Below are positions 52,561 through 64,000 of a stretch of 64,000 nucleotides of DNA, in pieces. The stretch comes from Camelus ferus (Eukaryota). The notes beneath the pieces were generated by a model that was not told where the DNA came from, did not search any database, and saw only the letters and a list, made by a program, of their open reading frames with translations. The number at the start of each line of letters is the position of its first letter. Position 1 is the first letter of the stretch. The stretch covers positions 3,038,001 to 3,102,000 of the forward strand of contig NC_045712.1 of NCBI RefSeq assembly GCF_009834535.1, in the 5' to 3' direction. The position numbers and the translations under genes are program-made.

Positions 52561-54276
52561 TACTGTCCAAGATGACCGGAGTCCTTGGAGAGGTGTAAGT
52601 CTTATGCTTTGTGAAACATACATCTATTTCAACCATGTCCCCATGATCACGTTCCTTTTATAACATTATGACCAAGTGAGCCATCAACCTGCACATTCAT
52701 GACATCTGGAGGTTGTCCAATCTACTAGCATCCATTTGTCACAGACTGTCTCAGTATCCCATCAACCTGTCTGTACAAAGAATTTCCAGAAATTAGGGCT
52801 CAAGTCTTACAGCTCTTCCTGTCCCCTTATTATTTCATATAGTTCTTTTTGTACAAAGAGGAACACAGTAAACACGTTGATAATTGCATTAAAATTCATT
52901 TAGTCTTGAGAAATGTCGGGACACTGGTGGCACCTCTTGGGATAAAAACCTTGAGTGTTTTTTTGATGGGTGGTTGGAAGTCAGAGATCTCTTTAAGAAT
53001 TGGAAGCAAATTATAACATCCCTTACCCCCAGTGCAACTATGTACGCTGTTTTTGAAAGCTTATAAGCCTCCTAAAGCCTCTCCATGTCAGAAAACTAAA
53101 AACAGATCATTGTCTTGCAGTAAACAGCAATGTCATTAAAACTTATAGTCATGAAAGTGTGTGTGCTATATTCCTGTTTTCTATAAAGCCTAGTAAAAAG
53201 ACTCTACGGGCTGATGTTAGTAGTTGGGTATTCTCTTTTCCAGGAGAATTATCTGTATATTCTCTGTACCTTCAGGTTTTTGTTTTGTTTTGTTTTGTTT
53301 TTGCATTGGAGAAATTTCCACGATCAACCTAAGTTCTTGCCGTGATCTTCTCTCAACAAATACTCAACCAAGTGTCATATGGAAAAATGCAGGCAGGGAC
53401 CTGGCTGTTGAACTAGTTTTTTTTCTTCCCAGCTGGAAAATAAAGTTATTTCTTTCCAAGGAAGAGTCTTTACTCTTTCCAGACAAAGCACCTAAAAAGA
53501 ACTGTAAAGTCACACAGGTAATGGGTTCCAATAAATAATTCTCATGATGACAGAAGACTTAAGGAATTGATATATGGGTTCACTTCTATTTAATAGCCCA
53601 AATCTGCAAGGACTTTTTCCTAATTCCAAGGCGAAGCTGATGACAGAAAAAGTGAAGAGCTTAAGAAAGGAGCAGAAAGTTCTTATAATGAAAGGTGTCT
53701 TGGGGAGGGACAGAAGATAGTAATTTAGATATCCCAGTGATGAGCAGAGTTTGATCAGGATATCTGGGGGAGACGCTGAAAAGAACAGATCATGGTGAAT
53801 CTCACTTAAAGCAAAGGGCAGAAAAATATCTGAACACATTTGTTCTGCATGGGTACAAAAGAGTTTTCTGGCGAATCCTCCTCTAGTAATCAACACATCA
53901 CCTTTCTTGGAATATCTGGTAAATGAGGCTTTTGTGTCAATGTTAAACTCAAAAGAATGATGAAAGGAATACAGTAATCTTGAAAATAACGATAACCTCA
54001 AGCAACAAACCAAATGTGTCACAACTATTTTCAAAGACTTCACAGTAGGGAACTATTCAAATTGGATATCTCTAATCATTCAAAACAAAAAAATGGCTAA
54101 CGTTAGTCCCCAACAGAGCATGCTGTGTTGCTTTGTCTGTGTGTCCGATATCTCAGGCCACATGATGCAGAATTGTTAGACATGTTTGCCTTGGAGGGAT
54201 GAAAAGATTCTGATAAAGAACTTACTAGCTTTTTCTTGATTGTGTGCTTGGGAGTGAGTTAAGTCAGTGAGTGAAA

Positions 54277-54280
<4 letters not shown>

Positions 54281-54316
<36 letters not shown>
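54281..54316. repeat. (GT)18 microsatellite
   Basis: Read directly from the sequence. Confidence 0.98.
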
Positions 54317-54318
<2 letters not shown>

Positions 54319-55180
54319 ATGTATGACTTAGATACAAAAGTAAGGGAACAGCCTGATTATTAATGGTGTTATATGAGAAAACTAATGTTAATAGTAACTT
54401 CATTTTTTAAAACTAGGTAACCTGAATAATAAGTGATTTAAGGATATTCACTTTGTAGTGGTCAAATAGCAGAGGGAAACAAAGTTGAAAAGAATATAAA
54501 ACATCAGGAGGTCTGTATAATTAATCAGCAATCCTACAAAGTATGCCATAGATTAGAGCTACAGTTACACCACTGTGCTCAGAAAGTAGGAAACTGGACT
54601 TTTTATATACACACTCAGGCTTATTTTTTAATATCTATATCCAGCATGCTGGAAAGTACACTTTACGAAATGTGGCTAAGAGAGTTAATGCTTTCATCAC
54701 TGCTATTTATAACCTAATTTGCAAGTTTTTACAGCCTTTTAATAGTCATATTGCAGTTAAGAAAGAAACAGGATTGCCATTCTTGAAGATTCTGTCAAGA
54801 AAGAAAACTTTAAAAGTCATTGGAAAAAAAAATTCCTCTGGATGCTAAAATTTGCTATGAACCATTTTCCTTTTATGGAATTAAGTATAAAGTTTACTTT
54901 TAAGATGTAAGTTGTATCTTTGCAATTTTGAACTTTGTTTCTTTCTCCAGACAATATGCTCCAAGGTACTCACTGTACTAAATTGTTTATTCCAAACATT
55001 CTGGAATTCCACATTGTTTTTATGTTATGGGTAAAGATTTGTATAGTTTGGGGGAAAGTGTTCACTCAATATAAAGTACAAGGTGCTGGATTCCTTGCTA
55101 ACTTATGTCACTGAAATAATTCCACGTCATTCACTAGGGTCACTTTTCTGAGAAAAGGGCATTCAGAAAGGCTAAACTTT

Positions 55181-55307
55181 AGGGGGAGAGTATAGGTTGG
55201 GTGGTAAAACACATGCTTAGCATCCACGAGGTCCTGGGTTCAATCCCCAGTACGTCCTCTAAAAATAAATAAGTAAGCAAACCTAATTACCCACCCCAAA
55301 CAAAAAA
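55181..55307 (+). mobile_element. Camelid vic-1-like SINE, long-tail type
   Basis: GGGGGAGAGTATAG...ATGCTTAGCATCCACGAGGTCCTGGGTTCAATCCCCAGTAC...ACCTAATTACCC. 13-bp TSD with 1 mismatch: AGAAAGGCTAAAC (55165-55177) and AGAAAGGCAAAAC (55308-55320). Confidence 0.9.
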
Positions 55308-55320
55308 AGAAAGGCAAAAC

Positions 55321-55394
55321 ATATATATATATACATATATACACATATACATATATATATATACACACACACATACATATATACATATACACAT
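55321..55394. repeat. Compound (TA)/(CA) microsatellite abutting the SINE TSD
   Basis: Uninterrupted purine-pyrimidine alternation, read directly. Confidence 0.95.
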
Positions 55395-55779
55395 TAAGTA
55401 TAAGGCCAAAGTTTCATATATATGTAAGTATGGCCTTTCTTATAAAAGAAAGGCCCTAAACAGGAGAAGAGTCTGGCTGCAACCCGTTTTTGAGCTTCTA
55501 CCCAGCCATTCTGTCAAGTAGCCTCTCAGAATAATCCCCAAACTCTCAGCTTTTAAGTATATTAGTCATTGTCTTAATCTTTGTAGCTTCCTCAAGCAAT
55601 AAAATAAGGAAACACAAAGTCCTTCATGCTTGGTCTGCTCTATGTTTTAGCTGAAATATAATCAGGCCGTGGATATCTCCCGGGCTCTTGCCACACACAT
55701 AAAAGGCACTGCGATAACCACCCAGGGGATGCAACAGGAACGAAGCAGCCATGCTCTGATCAGCTACTGCATTGCCTGT

Positions 55780-56391
55780 CTAGAACCTGTGCCTCTTTGT
55801 CTGGTAATGACAATAGTCCCTACTTTCATCTGGGAAGCCAGGTCTCCCCATTCTCAGACCACACAGTTTGGGAGTGGCCACTGAGAGTATCACATGCTCG
55901 TGGTGAAGGTGATTGGCTCAGGGGTGGGCATGTGACCTACTCTAGGACCATCAGGGTAAATGAGTGTTATCCTAAGACATGTGCTAAAACGACGAGAAAA
56001 GAGGTAGGTGTGATCTGCTGGAGTTACTAAAATGGTAGATGATCTGCCGAGGGTCACCTGTCACTCGTACCGTGGAATAGCTTGCCTGAAAAAGAAAGCC
56101 AGAGGAATGGAGTCTTGATAATACTCCTCTAGCACAGAGACAAAACTCTGGAATTTTCCAATAGATGAACCAGTAAATTCCCTTTGAAGGGTGATGAAAA
56201 TGTTCTAAAACTGGAGTAGGGTGATAGCTGCGAAACAGCGAATTTACTAGAAAATGACTGAATTGTACACATAGGATGAGTGAATTTTATGGTATGTAAA
56301 TTACCCCTCCATAAAGTTGTTTAAAAATCCATCGTATGCCAGTTTGAATTGGGTTTCTGTTACGTGCATCCAAGGAGTTGTGACAAATACA
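55780..56391 (+). mobile_element. Old ERVL/MaLR-type LTR with a nested L1MB-type 3' fragment at about 56188-56327
   Basis: gattggctcaggggtgggcatgtgacc and the end gggtttctgttacgtgca...aaataca are interrupted by gggtgatgaaaatgttctaaaactgg...gaattttatggtatgtaaatta. Confidence 0.65.
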
Positions 56392-58009
56392 GTCTTACTA
56401 GTGAGAGAGTGGATGGAGAGTATCTGTCTGGCTGCAGATGACGCCTCCAGTGGTGAAACACCAGAAGAAGGGGTCAGTGTAGGAGCTGATGCTGATTGTA
56501 ACTGTCCACTTCCTTGTCTGCCTCCTCACCAGACTCTAAGCTCATGAAACCTAGTCCTTTTCCTCTCTGTGCTCAAAGCCTAGTGCGGGGATGACTCAGA
56601 GAGGCTACAAACACCTCTGTTCCGTGGTGGCGGCGGTGGAGCTTGTGAGAAGTCACTTGTGGAAAGAGAGTGAACTCAAACGACCTTGACTGTAAGAGAC
56701 ACCAGGGGAATCTTCTGGCTGCCCTTTTAGTGCCTGATCAGGACATGTTTTTTTTTTTTTTCTTTTTTTCTTTTTTTTTCTTGCCTTTGTAACAGAATGA
56801 TTCAAAGTTTGTCATGAGTCCTATTTCTGTTTCCAGAAACTTCAGGCAAAAATTATTTGAGACAAAGAAGTCTGAACCGTCAACTTTTCATCCACCCAAC
56901 CAGGCAAATTCCTTGGATAACTGCTAAATTTTTCACTTCGCTTTGTCTACATAGGGCCTGGGTTCTCTGGCAGGATTTTACACCCTCTGCAATTAGGCTG
57001 GGCCCTCCACATTTTTCCTTAGGGCTGAGGCATTTCTCCAGCTGTTTGGGAACACATTCGAAAGTATGAAATGGTAGACTCAGATACACATCTGACTTTG
57101 GAGGAAGGAGAGGGGGGAAGAGCATATTGTAATCAACTTCCAAGAAGCTTCAAAAGTGATTTTCTTGTGAATAGAAATATGTACATGCCCACACATTCCG
57201 TACTCAGCTCAGCTGCTGACAAACCATTTTTGGAGCCGTTCTTGAGATCAGTGCGGAAAAACAGCGAAGGCAATCTCAGCTTATTTGTTCCAGCCGATAC
57301 CATCTGAACAGACGCCCAAAGGCACAGGCTTCTGAGATAAGACACACTTCCCTCACTTCCAACTGAAAATGGTCATGGTTTAAAGACAGATGACCCACCT
57401 TGCTTCTAAAAGAAGGCATAACTTTGTAACTTTTATTTTACGCTAAATCTCATCAAAATTGTTGTCGTGGTTTTTTAAATAACCTCCTCTGCAGCAGGTA
57501 CTTAGAAAACAAAATGCCTTTCCTCCTAGACTTAGACTTTTAGAATGTGTCCACATACACACAGAGCTTGACTGAACTCACCACTCATTTATTGACTTAT
57601 TATGGGAATGTGCACAATTTCCTTTTCTTAAAGATTATGGGCCTGGACTTTGTATTTTCTGGCTTTAAAAGTCCATAATTGTGTCGCCAGTCAATAGAGT
57701 AAAAGATTCACACATTTCAGCTAAAGGAAAAACGATTTGGCTGATTGGAACAATCTGCCTATGAAGAGAAGACATAAAGTCTTTTATTTTGCACAGTTTA
57801 AACTAAATTCAAAATATCAGTTGTTTATAGGCAAGCCATCCAAAAACCATGTCCAATTTGGATTTACACCAGCTGTCGATGGGAAGAAAATAAAGTTAAC
57901 TGGAAAACTGAAATTTCCAAACAATGAAGAGCCAAGATTTTTAAAAAATTCTTTATCTTACCTGGTTTAATGCATTCTTCCCTTTTTTCCTCTCTCCTTT
58001 CTGTCTTAC

Positions 58010-58970
58010 ATTCATTCAATGCCTATGAGTGCTAACCAATCATAGTAAGTTCTTGGGCAATAAAGATGAATGAGAAATAGTCCCTGTCTTCAAGAAACTC
58101 ATATTCTGGCTAAAAATGAAAATCTCATCACCATCAATAAATAATAGGTTAGACAACGTGGTTTCTTTCTTGAAGGGATATATGTAATTGTAGGATGTGG
58201 AGAGAATATTTGGCAGAGGTCCTGAGTGGGGATGAATCAAGAAAGGTCTTTCATGGAGATAAAGTGGTTTTTAAAGGATATATAGGAATTAGATACACAG
58301 GTGGAAAGGACAGTAGGGGATAACACAGCACCTCGTTGTCAGGCATTCACTCTGAGGCAGAAAGGGAGCTGGAGGATTCAGCAAGGTCACAAAGAACCCA
58401 ATATGTCATGCTTGAAGCAAACACTTGATCGTAGAGATAAGGTCTTGAGATGTGAGAGAGATACTATCAGATTTGCATTTTAAAAAGACCACACTGATGA
58501 CAGAGTGAGGAAAAATGAGTCTGAGTACAGGATGGAAGCCAGTGAAACCAGGTAGAAAGTTCCTGCAAGAGTCCAGGTGTACGCTGTCCAGGAGATAGCC
58601 ACTAAGCTGATGTGGCTAAATTTAAATTCATCAAAATTATATTAAATTTAAATTTCATCTCCTCAGTTGCAATGGTCACCTTGTGAGTGCTCAGTAGCCA
58701 CATGGGGTGAGTGGCTGCCATACTGGACAGTCCAGATACAGAAAACTTCCATCATCACAGAAAGTTCTATTGGACACTGCTGCATGAGACAAGAGATAAA
58801 AGGCTCTGAACTAGGGCAGCTGTGGCCAGGATGACCAAAACCTGTACAAGAGGAACATTTAGGAGGAGAATTAGGTACTGACTGGATGGAAGTGAGAAAG
58901 GGTGTGAACAAAGATTCAGAGACAAAGAATGTAGGATGAGGTTTTGTATGGTGGTGAAGACCTGCTGACT
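58010..58970 (-). mobile_element. L2 fragment interrupted by MER3
   Basis: cattcattcaatgcc...agtccctgtcttcaagaaactcatattct...atcagatttgcattttaaaaagaccacactg; continues after 58782. Confidence 0.7.
58580..58782. mobile_element. MER3 (hAT-Charlie MITE)
   Basis: cgctgtcca...atagccact...atgtggcta...gtgctcagtagccacatg...agaaagttctattggacactgctg, with TIR-like ends. Confidence 0.85.
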
Positions 58971-59484
58971 ACAAGTGTGTTAATTCTGACCATGCAGGGA
59001 GAAGATGATGTCTAAGATAATGCCTTAATTCTAGAATTACGTTTTGTAAATATGGTATATTTTAATAGAATCAATGAACTTTGGAGTTGGGAGGGACCAA
59101 TCATTCAATTTACAGACCAGAAAACACAGTGAGACCTTCGTCTCACTCCCTGTGCCTGATGTGTAGAGAGGCATAAATAAAGTCATTGTGAATAAGGGAA
59201 TGAGCAAGACCCAGGCAGGTGATGTGAAGCAGCATGTAAGGTGGAGTAACCACGGTTCCTGAAGTGAGAAACTTGGGTAAATTTCCAGTTGTGTTATGAC
59301 TTAGATGTCACATTAGAGATAAAGTATAAGTTTTCTAAAGCTTCATTTATTTCCGCATCTATAAATGAAATACTGGGTCACTGTAGGGATTAAAAATTTT
59401 CAAAATACTGCTTTGAAAACTACAAAGGGCTTCACTTGCATAAGCTTCTTGCTGCTGCTGATTATCCAGGGTTATCTAGTTCTT

Positions 59485-59642
59485 TATGTAAAGTTTGGTC
59501 CGTGGATCAGCAGCACTGTTTTATCTGGGCGATTATAGGTAATGAAGAATCTCAACTTCCATCCCAGACACTCTATATCAGAATTTATATTTTAATAAGA
59601 TTCCTAGATATGTGAAAGCTTCTTAAAGAACGAGAAACACTG
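59485..59642. mobile_element. MER5-type hAT element
   Basis: aaagtttggtccgtggatcagcagca...atcagaatttatattttaataagattcc...gagaaacactg. Similar pieces lie at about 30850-31050 and 36210-36350. Confidence 0.7.
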
Positions 59643-59859
59643 AACTACTTACTACCAGACTTGGCATTTCAAATCAGATCTTCTAATTCTTAGAAGACAA
59701 ATGAATGAAGAGTCAACACAATTACTAAGCCAATTTGGTGGGAAACGAACATAATCTGAAGTGTGATTTATTCACACTGGATGTTCACAACTTACTGATG
59801 GCCCTAGAAAATTGTCAGACCACAGTCTAATTTTCTTATGCAGATGCCATCTTGGTGGG

Positions 59860-61130
59860 GGCCAAATGTCTCCAATGAGATTGCTGGTCACTTGGATGAG
59901 GACAGGGGTAACAAGCTAACTGCTTTTCCAGATGATACAAAGTTGAGAGGGATGGCTCGTATATTGTATATCAGTCAGCATCCAATCAGAAGGCAGAAAT
60001 CACATTGTGCATGACTCCGAATTAAACTCCTAGATGACCTCCATCATTTGGAATCCCAGGCCTGAATATAATAAATGACACTAAATAATGATATAAATGT
60101 CTCTATGAAAGTTCAAAACTATTAATAATGCAAATACGATTATTATTTCATTCATGAAACAGATATGTAACAAAAACCTACGTGTGTCAGGGAATGCACT
60201 CGAAAAGCAATGGTGCCAAGTTGATGAGGTCTCTGCCCCCATGGTTCTTTTGGGGAAGACCATTTACTCTATGGATGGCTGTTCTTACATTCTCTAATTC
60301 AACAAATATTTCTTGAGCATCCACTGTGAGCCCTGCCCTCTTCTGGGTATTGAGTAGCAGTAAATAAGACAAATAATGTCGCTGCTCTCTAGGAGCTGAC
60401 ATTTTAGTGAAAGGAGAGAGATAAGAAACAATAAAGCAAATATATGAATGGGATCGTTTAGTTGAGTAATATGTGCTAAGAATAAACTAAAGACATTAAT
60501 ATGATAGATCTGTGTGTTCCAGGAAGAGAAAGAAGGCCCGTGGGATGGGAGGGGAGGTGGTAAGAGATGAGCCTGGTTGCTAGGGCTTAGCGAGCCACAT
60601 AGTAAGGAATTTAGATTTTATTTCGAAACCAATTTGAAGCTAAATAATCATATGCATAAATGTAAAATTACATCATCATAGCTGCTATAAAGGAGAAATA
60701 CACGGTATCTTAAGAGTTTATAGTAAGCGGAATTGAGGCTAAGTAAGTGATGATACCGCTGAGATCTGAAGCAATGGTAAGAGTTACCAAGGCAAAACCA
60801 GAAAGCGGGAGTGTATCCTAGCTGGAAGGGAGATGTGATCACGACGCAGGAAGACATTGCAGAGATTAGAGGAACAGTGAGAAAATTAAAAACTGTATTT
60901 CAAGTGACTTAAACTCAGTCTGATTCAGGAATGATGAGGTTGCCAAAAATGTGAATGTAACTGTGGGCTGCATTAACAGATGCATGACATCCGGAATACA
61001 GGAGGTGATAGCCTCACTCTGCTCTGCTGATCAGTCTGCAGCTGGAGCTGAGGCGCCACAATGCAACATTCTTTGAAAAACTGATCATGGTCTAAGAAGA
61101 GGGCAGGCCAGGACTTTAGGTGGTGCATAG
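59860..61130 (+). mobile_element. CR1/L3 RT fragment split into about 59860-60120 and 60900-61130 by L2 pieces and a short MLT1-like piece
   Basis: cagatgatacaaagttgagagggatggct... resumes as gttgccaaaaatgtgaatgtaactgtgggctgcattaacaga...ggaggtgatagcctcactctgctctgc. The intervening sequence has L2 ends (attcaacaaatatttcttgagcatccactgtg). Confidence 0.65.
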
Positions 61131-61189
61131 GAAGAAGAGGGGTGGGACTCTAAGCCTCTTCACCTGAAAATAAAAGCATGGGGCTCAAC

Positions 61190-61633
61190 ATTGGCTGTTC
61201 TCGCTGTTTCTTGACTACCCAATATCCATTCTCCCCTTATAACAGCACCCACATCTTCTTTTCAGGATATCTTTCCCCACCGGATTTGACCTGCTGGGGC
61301 TGTAGTCAGGGGCTTTCTCCTCCCCTGTGGTCTGGGACCGATGCTCCAATGGTCACACACAACCACCTTCCCCTAGAACAGCAGGACAAAGAGCCTGAAA
61401 GTGGCTGGGGTTTATTAAACTCAGCAGTGGCAGCCTGATCAAACTATTCGTGTGAAGAAACAGCTCCTGCATTTCCTGTTCCCCAAGCCCGGAGAGCTCC
61501 CTTGGGCCCATTTAGTTTCAAACCGCTTCTTCCATGGATTTTCTAAGTCCTTTGTATCCTCTCCATAAAATTCTTGTTTGCTTGAGTTCGCTAGAGTTAT
61601 TTTTGTTAATTGCAACCAAAGCAGGCTGACACA
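61190..61633 (+). mobile_element. LTR16/LTR33-like ERVL LTR
   Basis: 3' end ataaaattcttgtttgcttgagttcgctagagttatttttgttaattgcaaccaaagcaggctgacaca. Confidence 0.6.
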
Positions 61634-62596
61634 TTTAGCCTTGGTGAACAAAAGACATGGGTGAACCTGGGGACAGGAGGGCTGCTGTCGACAGACATTT
61701 GGAAGACTGTTTTAGAAAAGAAAGTACCATACGAGGGAGCTGGCTTAAAATGTAATTATAAAAAATTCTATTTGTGGGTAAACATTTTAATAAATAAAAT
61801 TTCCCTAAGGGGTACAATTCTTTACGAAAGGCCATGAATTGCTATTACTGGAAGTATTTTTAGCAGAAAAGAGCTAAAGAAGTAAAGCTTTTCTTAGAGG
61901 GAATTCAAGAATGAGAGAGGGATGGCCAAAATGATTTTCAAGGTACAGAGATTCAATAATTCTCAGGGTTCAAATAACGTCTTTCATACGACTTAAATTT
62001 TCAAACGTAATTTTTTCTTTGGCATATTTTTTGCCAGTGTATTTCCCCCAAGCTTAAGGAGACTTTGATGAAGAAGAAGAAGGCAATGGATTTTTATAGG
62101 AAGTGTAATTGAAAGCAGGAATGCAAAAATTTCAAGGATCTAATGGATTGAAAAAGTTAGGACATGCTTTCTGGACCAACTTCCCTTTTTAAAACGTTTC
62201 TCAAAGGTTCTTCTGTGCAGATGGCTTTGTTTTCACCCTCAAAGCATGACACCATTGTTAAACTGCAATCTGGTAATTTCATTCTCTCTAGGCCTCACTT
62301 AAAGTGTTTGAGAGAGTAATAAAGGCCTCTGTTTCCCCAGCCATTAAGCAGGTTGCTGTGCATGACTGAAAGGATGGCTGTTTTCTAATGACAAGTTGGT
62401 TTGGTTCGGAGGTGGGCATGTTACCTTCAGCAGGAATTTGGTAATATGTAGTAGGCACTGAGGCAAATAAAAAGTATTTTTATTTTTACATAAGGTATGC
62501 TTTCAAGGGTTGTCATTTTATATTCCTACAGTTGCTGAAAAACTGCTATGTAAGACATCATTCATTGTACTATCAAATATCTCTTGTAGGAAGATC

Positions 62597-62970
62597 TGTA
62601 TCAGTTGGCTATCACTGCATAACAAATAGCACCCAAGTTCAGCTGCTTAAAAGAACAAGCATTTTTATAGCTCATGAATCTGTGGGTCAGCTAATTGTTG
62701 GCTAGGGGTGACAGGAGTGACTAGGCCATGTGTCTCTTCCTCATCCATCAGGCTGCTCGTATCTTGTTTGCAGAGTAGTGACAAGCAGTCAGGGAAAATC
62801 TCCAATGTGCAAGCACTTTTAAAGCATTTGTTTGCATCGGTTTTACTAACATGCCACTGGCCAAGCAAGTCACATGTCCAAGCCCGCAGTCAAAGTGGGA
62901 AGGCATTGTCAAAGGGCATGAACATAGGCAAGCGTAAAACATTGGGGACATTAGAGCAATCAGTCTGCTA
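62597..62970 (-). mobile_element. MaLR LTR, old MLT1 (H/J-like)
   Basis: tgtatcagttggctatcactgcataacaaa...ccactggccaagcaagtcacatgtccaagccc. Confidence 0.75.
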
Positions 62971-64000
62971 CTGGATTCAAGTAATAAATTTAACTTATGA
63001 TTTACTATCAGGAGAAAGTTGTCACTTTTCAATAATATTTTTCAGGTAATGAACTTGAGTAGCTCACTGATTTTCCTTTTGGCTTAGGCTATTAGGAAGC
63101 TCAAAACATTAATATTTATTTAGACAAATCATAACTAATGTATGCTTCTCCCATCTTCTACACAGTCCAAATGTTCTATTTAAATAGTCTTAATGGCTAT
63201 AACTTACATTGTAAACTGCCCCAAGTTGTTTTTTGTTTTTTTTTAGCCTTAGAGAGAGACTGCATATTAACAAAAAGTGAACATATGGCCATCATCTATT
63301 AAGGACCTAAAGACACTAAAATATCTGTGGACAAGAGGAGAGAGAAGCTGTATCTTTTCAGGGGCTTTACTTATCATTACATATTACATTCTTCTGGTTC
63401 TACTGTGAACCAAAGTGACAGCTGCACATCGCAACAAAAGTTTTTTTCTGGGAATTACCTCAAACCAATTTTCACTAGGGATGAAGCCTCTTACAGTCTC
63501 CACAGGTTCAAAAAGAGAAATATTTTAACATTCAGAACCCAGACCTAAGGTGACAGATGTAAAGAAAATTCATCTGAAAATTGAAGTTCTTCATTTCATT
63601 TTGGAATATTTCTTCTAAAGACATCATGAGACAGATTTTCAAAGGACTTTGAAGATAGTGCTGCAGTGTTTCATGCCTATACGATTGAGTCCAGGAAGTA
63701 TTACCTGAGCCTTGGCAGTGGAATTTGAAATGCTGACTTGAAATATTTTCCTTGAAGTTGTACCAACGTTAAATAAAACTGGAAAGTTATTTAAGCTGGC
63801 TTTTTAACATTTTCTTATATATTTCGTCTGAACTGACAGTAAACTCTCAAAGCTAGTGAGACAAAGAATTAATAGATGTTAAAAGCCTCTGGGGGGATTT
63901 ACTTCTGGAAGAAATCAAAGGATTTTTTTTACAGATTCCAAATTATTTCTGATGAGTTGAAGATTTCTTTTGGATAAACCAGTCACTCACAAATCAATAT

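Larger units (their letters stand above)
40766..64000 (-). other. CNTN4: 3' part of the preceding CNTN4 intron (the upstream exon lies beyond the window)
   Basis: The expected upstream exon peptide (...GPDFSRTLLKRVTLVKVGG...NER in human, from memory) was not seen on reading 40766-64000. Confidence 0.85.

Noticed and set aside
1-64000. CRISPR arrays, operons or other prokaryote-type systems; foreign inserts
   Set aside because: I saw no repeat-spacer array and no dense coding region. Composition and repeat content are mammalian intron throughout.

Overview
Mammalian genomic DNA, very probably a camelid: it has three vic-1-like tRNA-derived SINEs and a cetartiodactyl-type L1 3' end, and I saw no ruminant, pig or primate SINEs. 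The whole window lies inside one large minus-strand gene, contactin-4 (CNTN4/BIG-2). Two coding exons are present: 40638-40765 (second half of Ig5) and 742-917 (first half of Ig6). They are separated by a 39,720-nt intron and join in frame with canonical GT-AG sites. The rest is intron containing old LINE (L1M, HAL1, L2, CR1/L3), MIR, hAT DNA-transposon and solo-LTR fragments, microsatellites and two N gaps. I found no convincing new biological system. The best leads are: a possible intronic-polyadenylated, GPI-less CNTN4 isoform; an LTR-less ERVL-like pol fragment splitting a near-complete HAL1; an L1 insertion with a ~30-bp TSD and double tail; a TSD that predicts the content of one gap; a CpG-retaining patch; and an overlapping alternative-hairpin element. 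Repeat family names come from my recall of consensus sequences, not a search, and most repeat boundaries are approximate (tens of nt).
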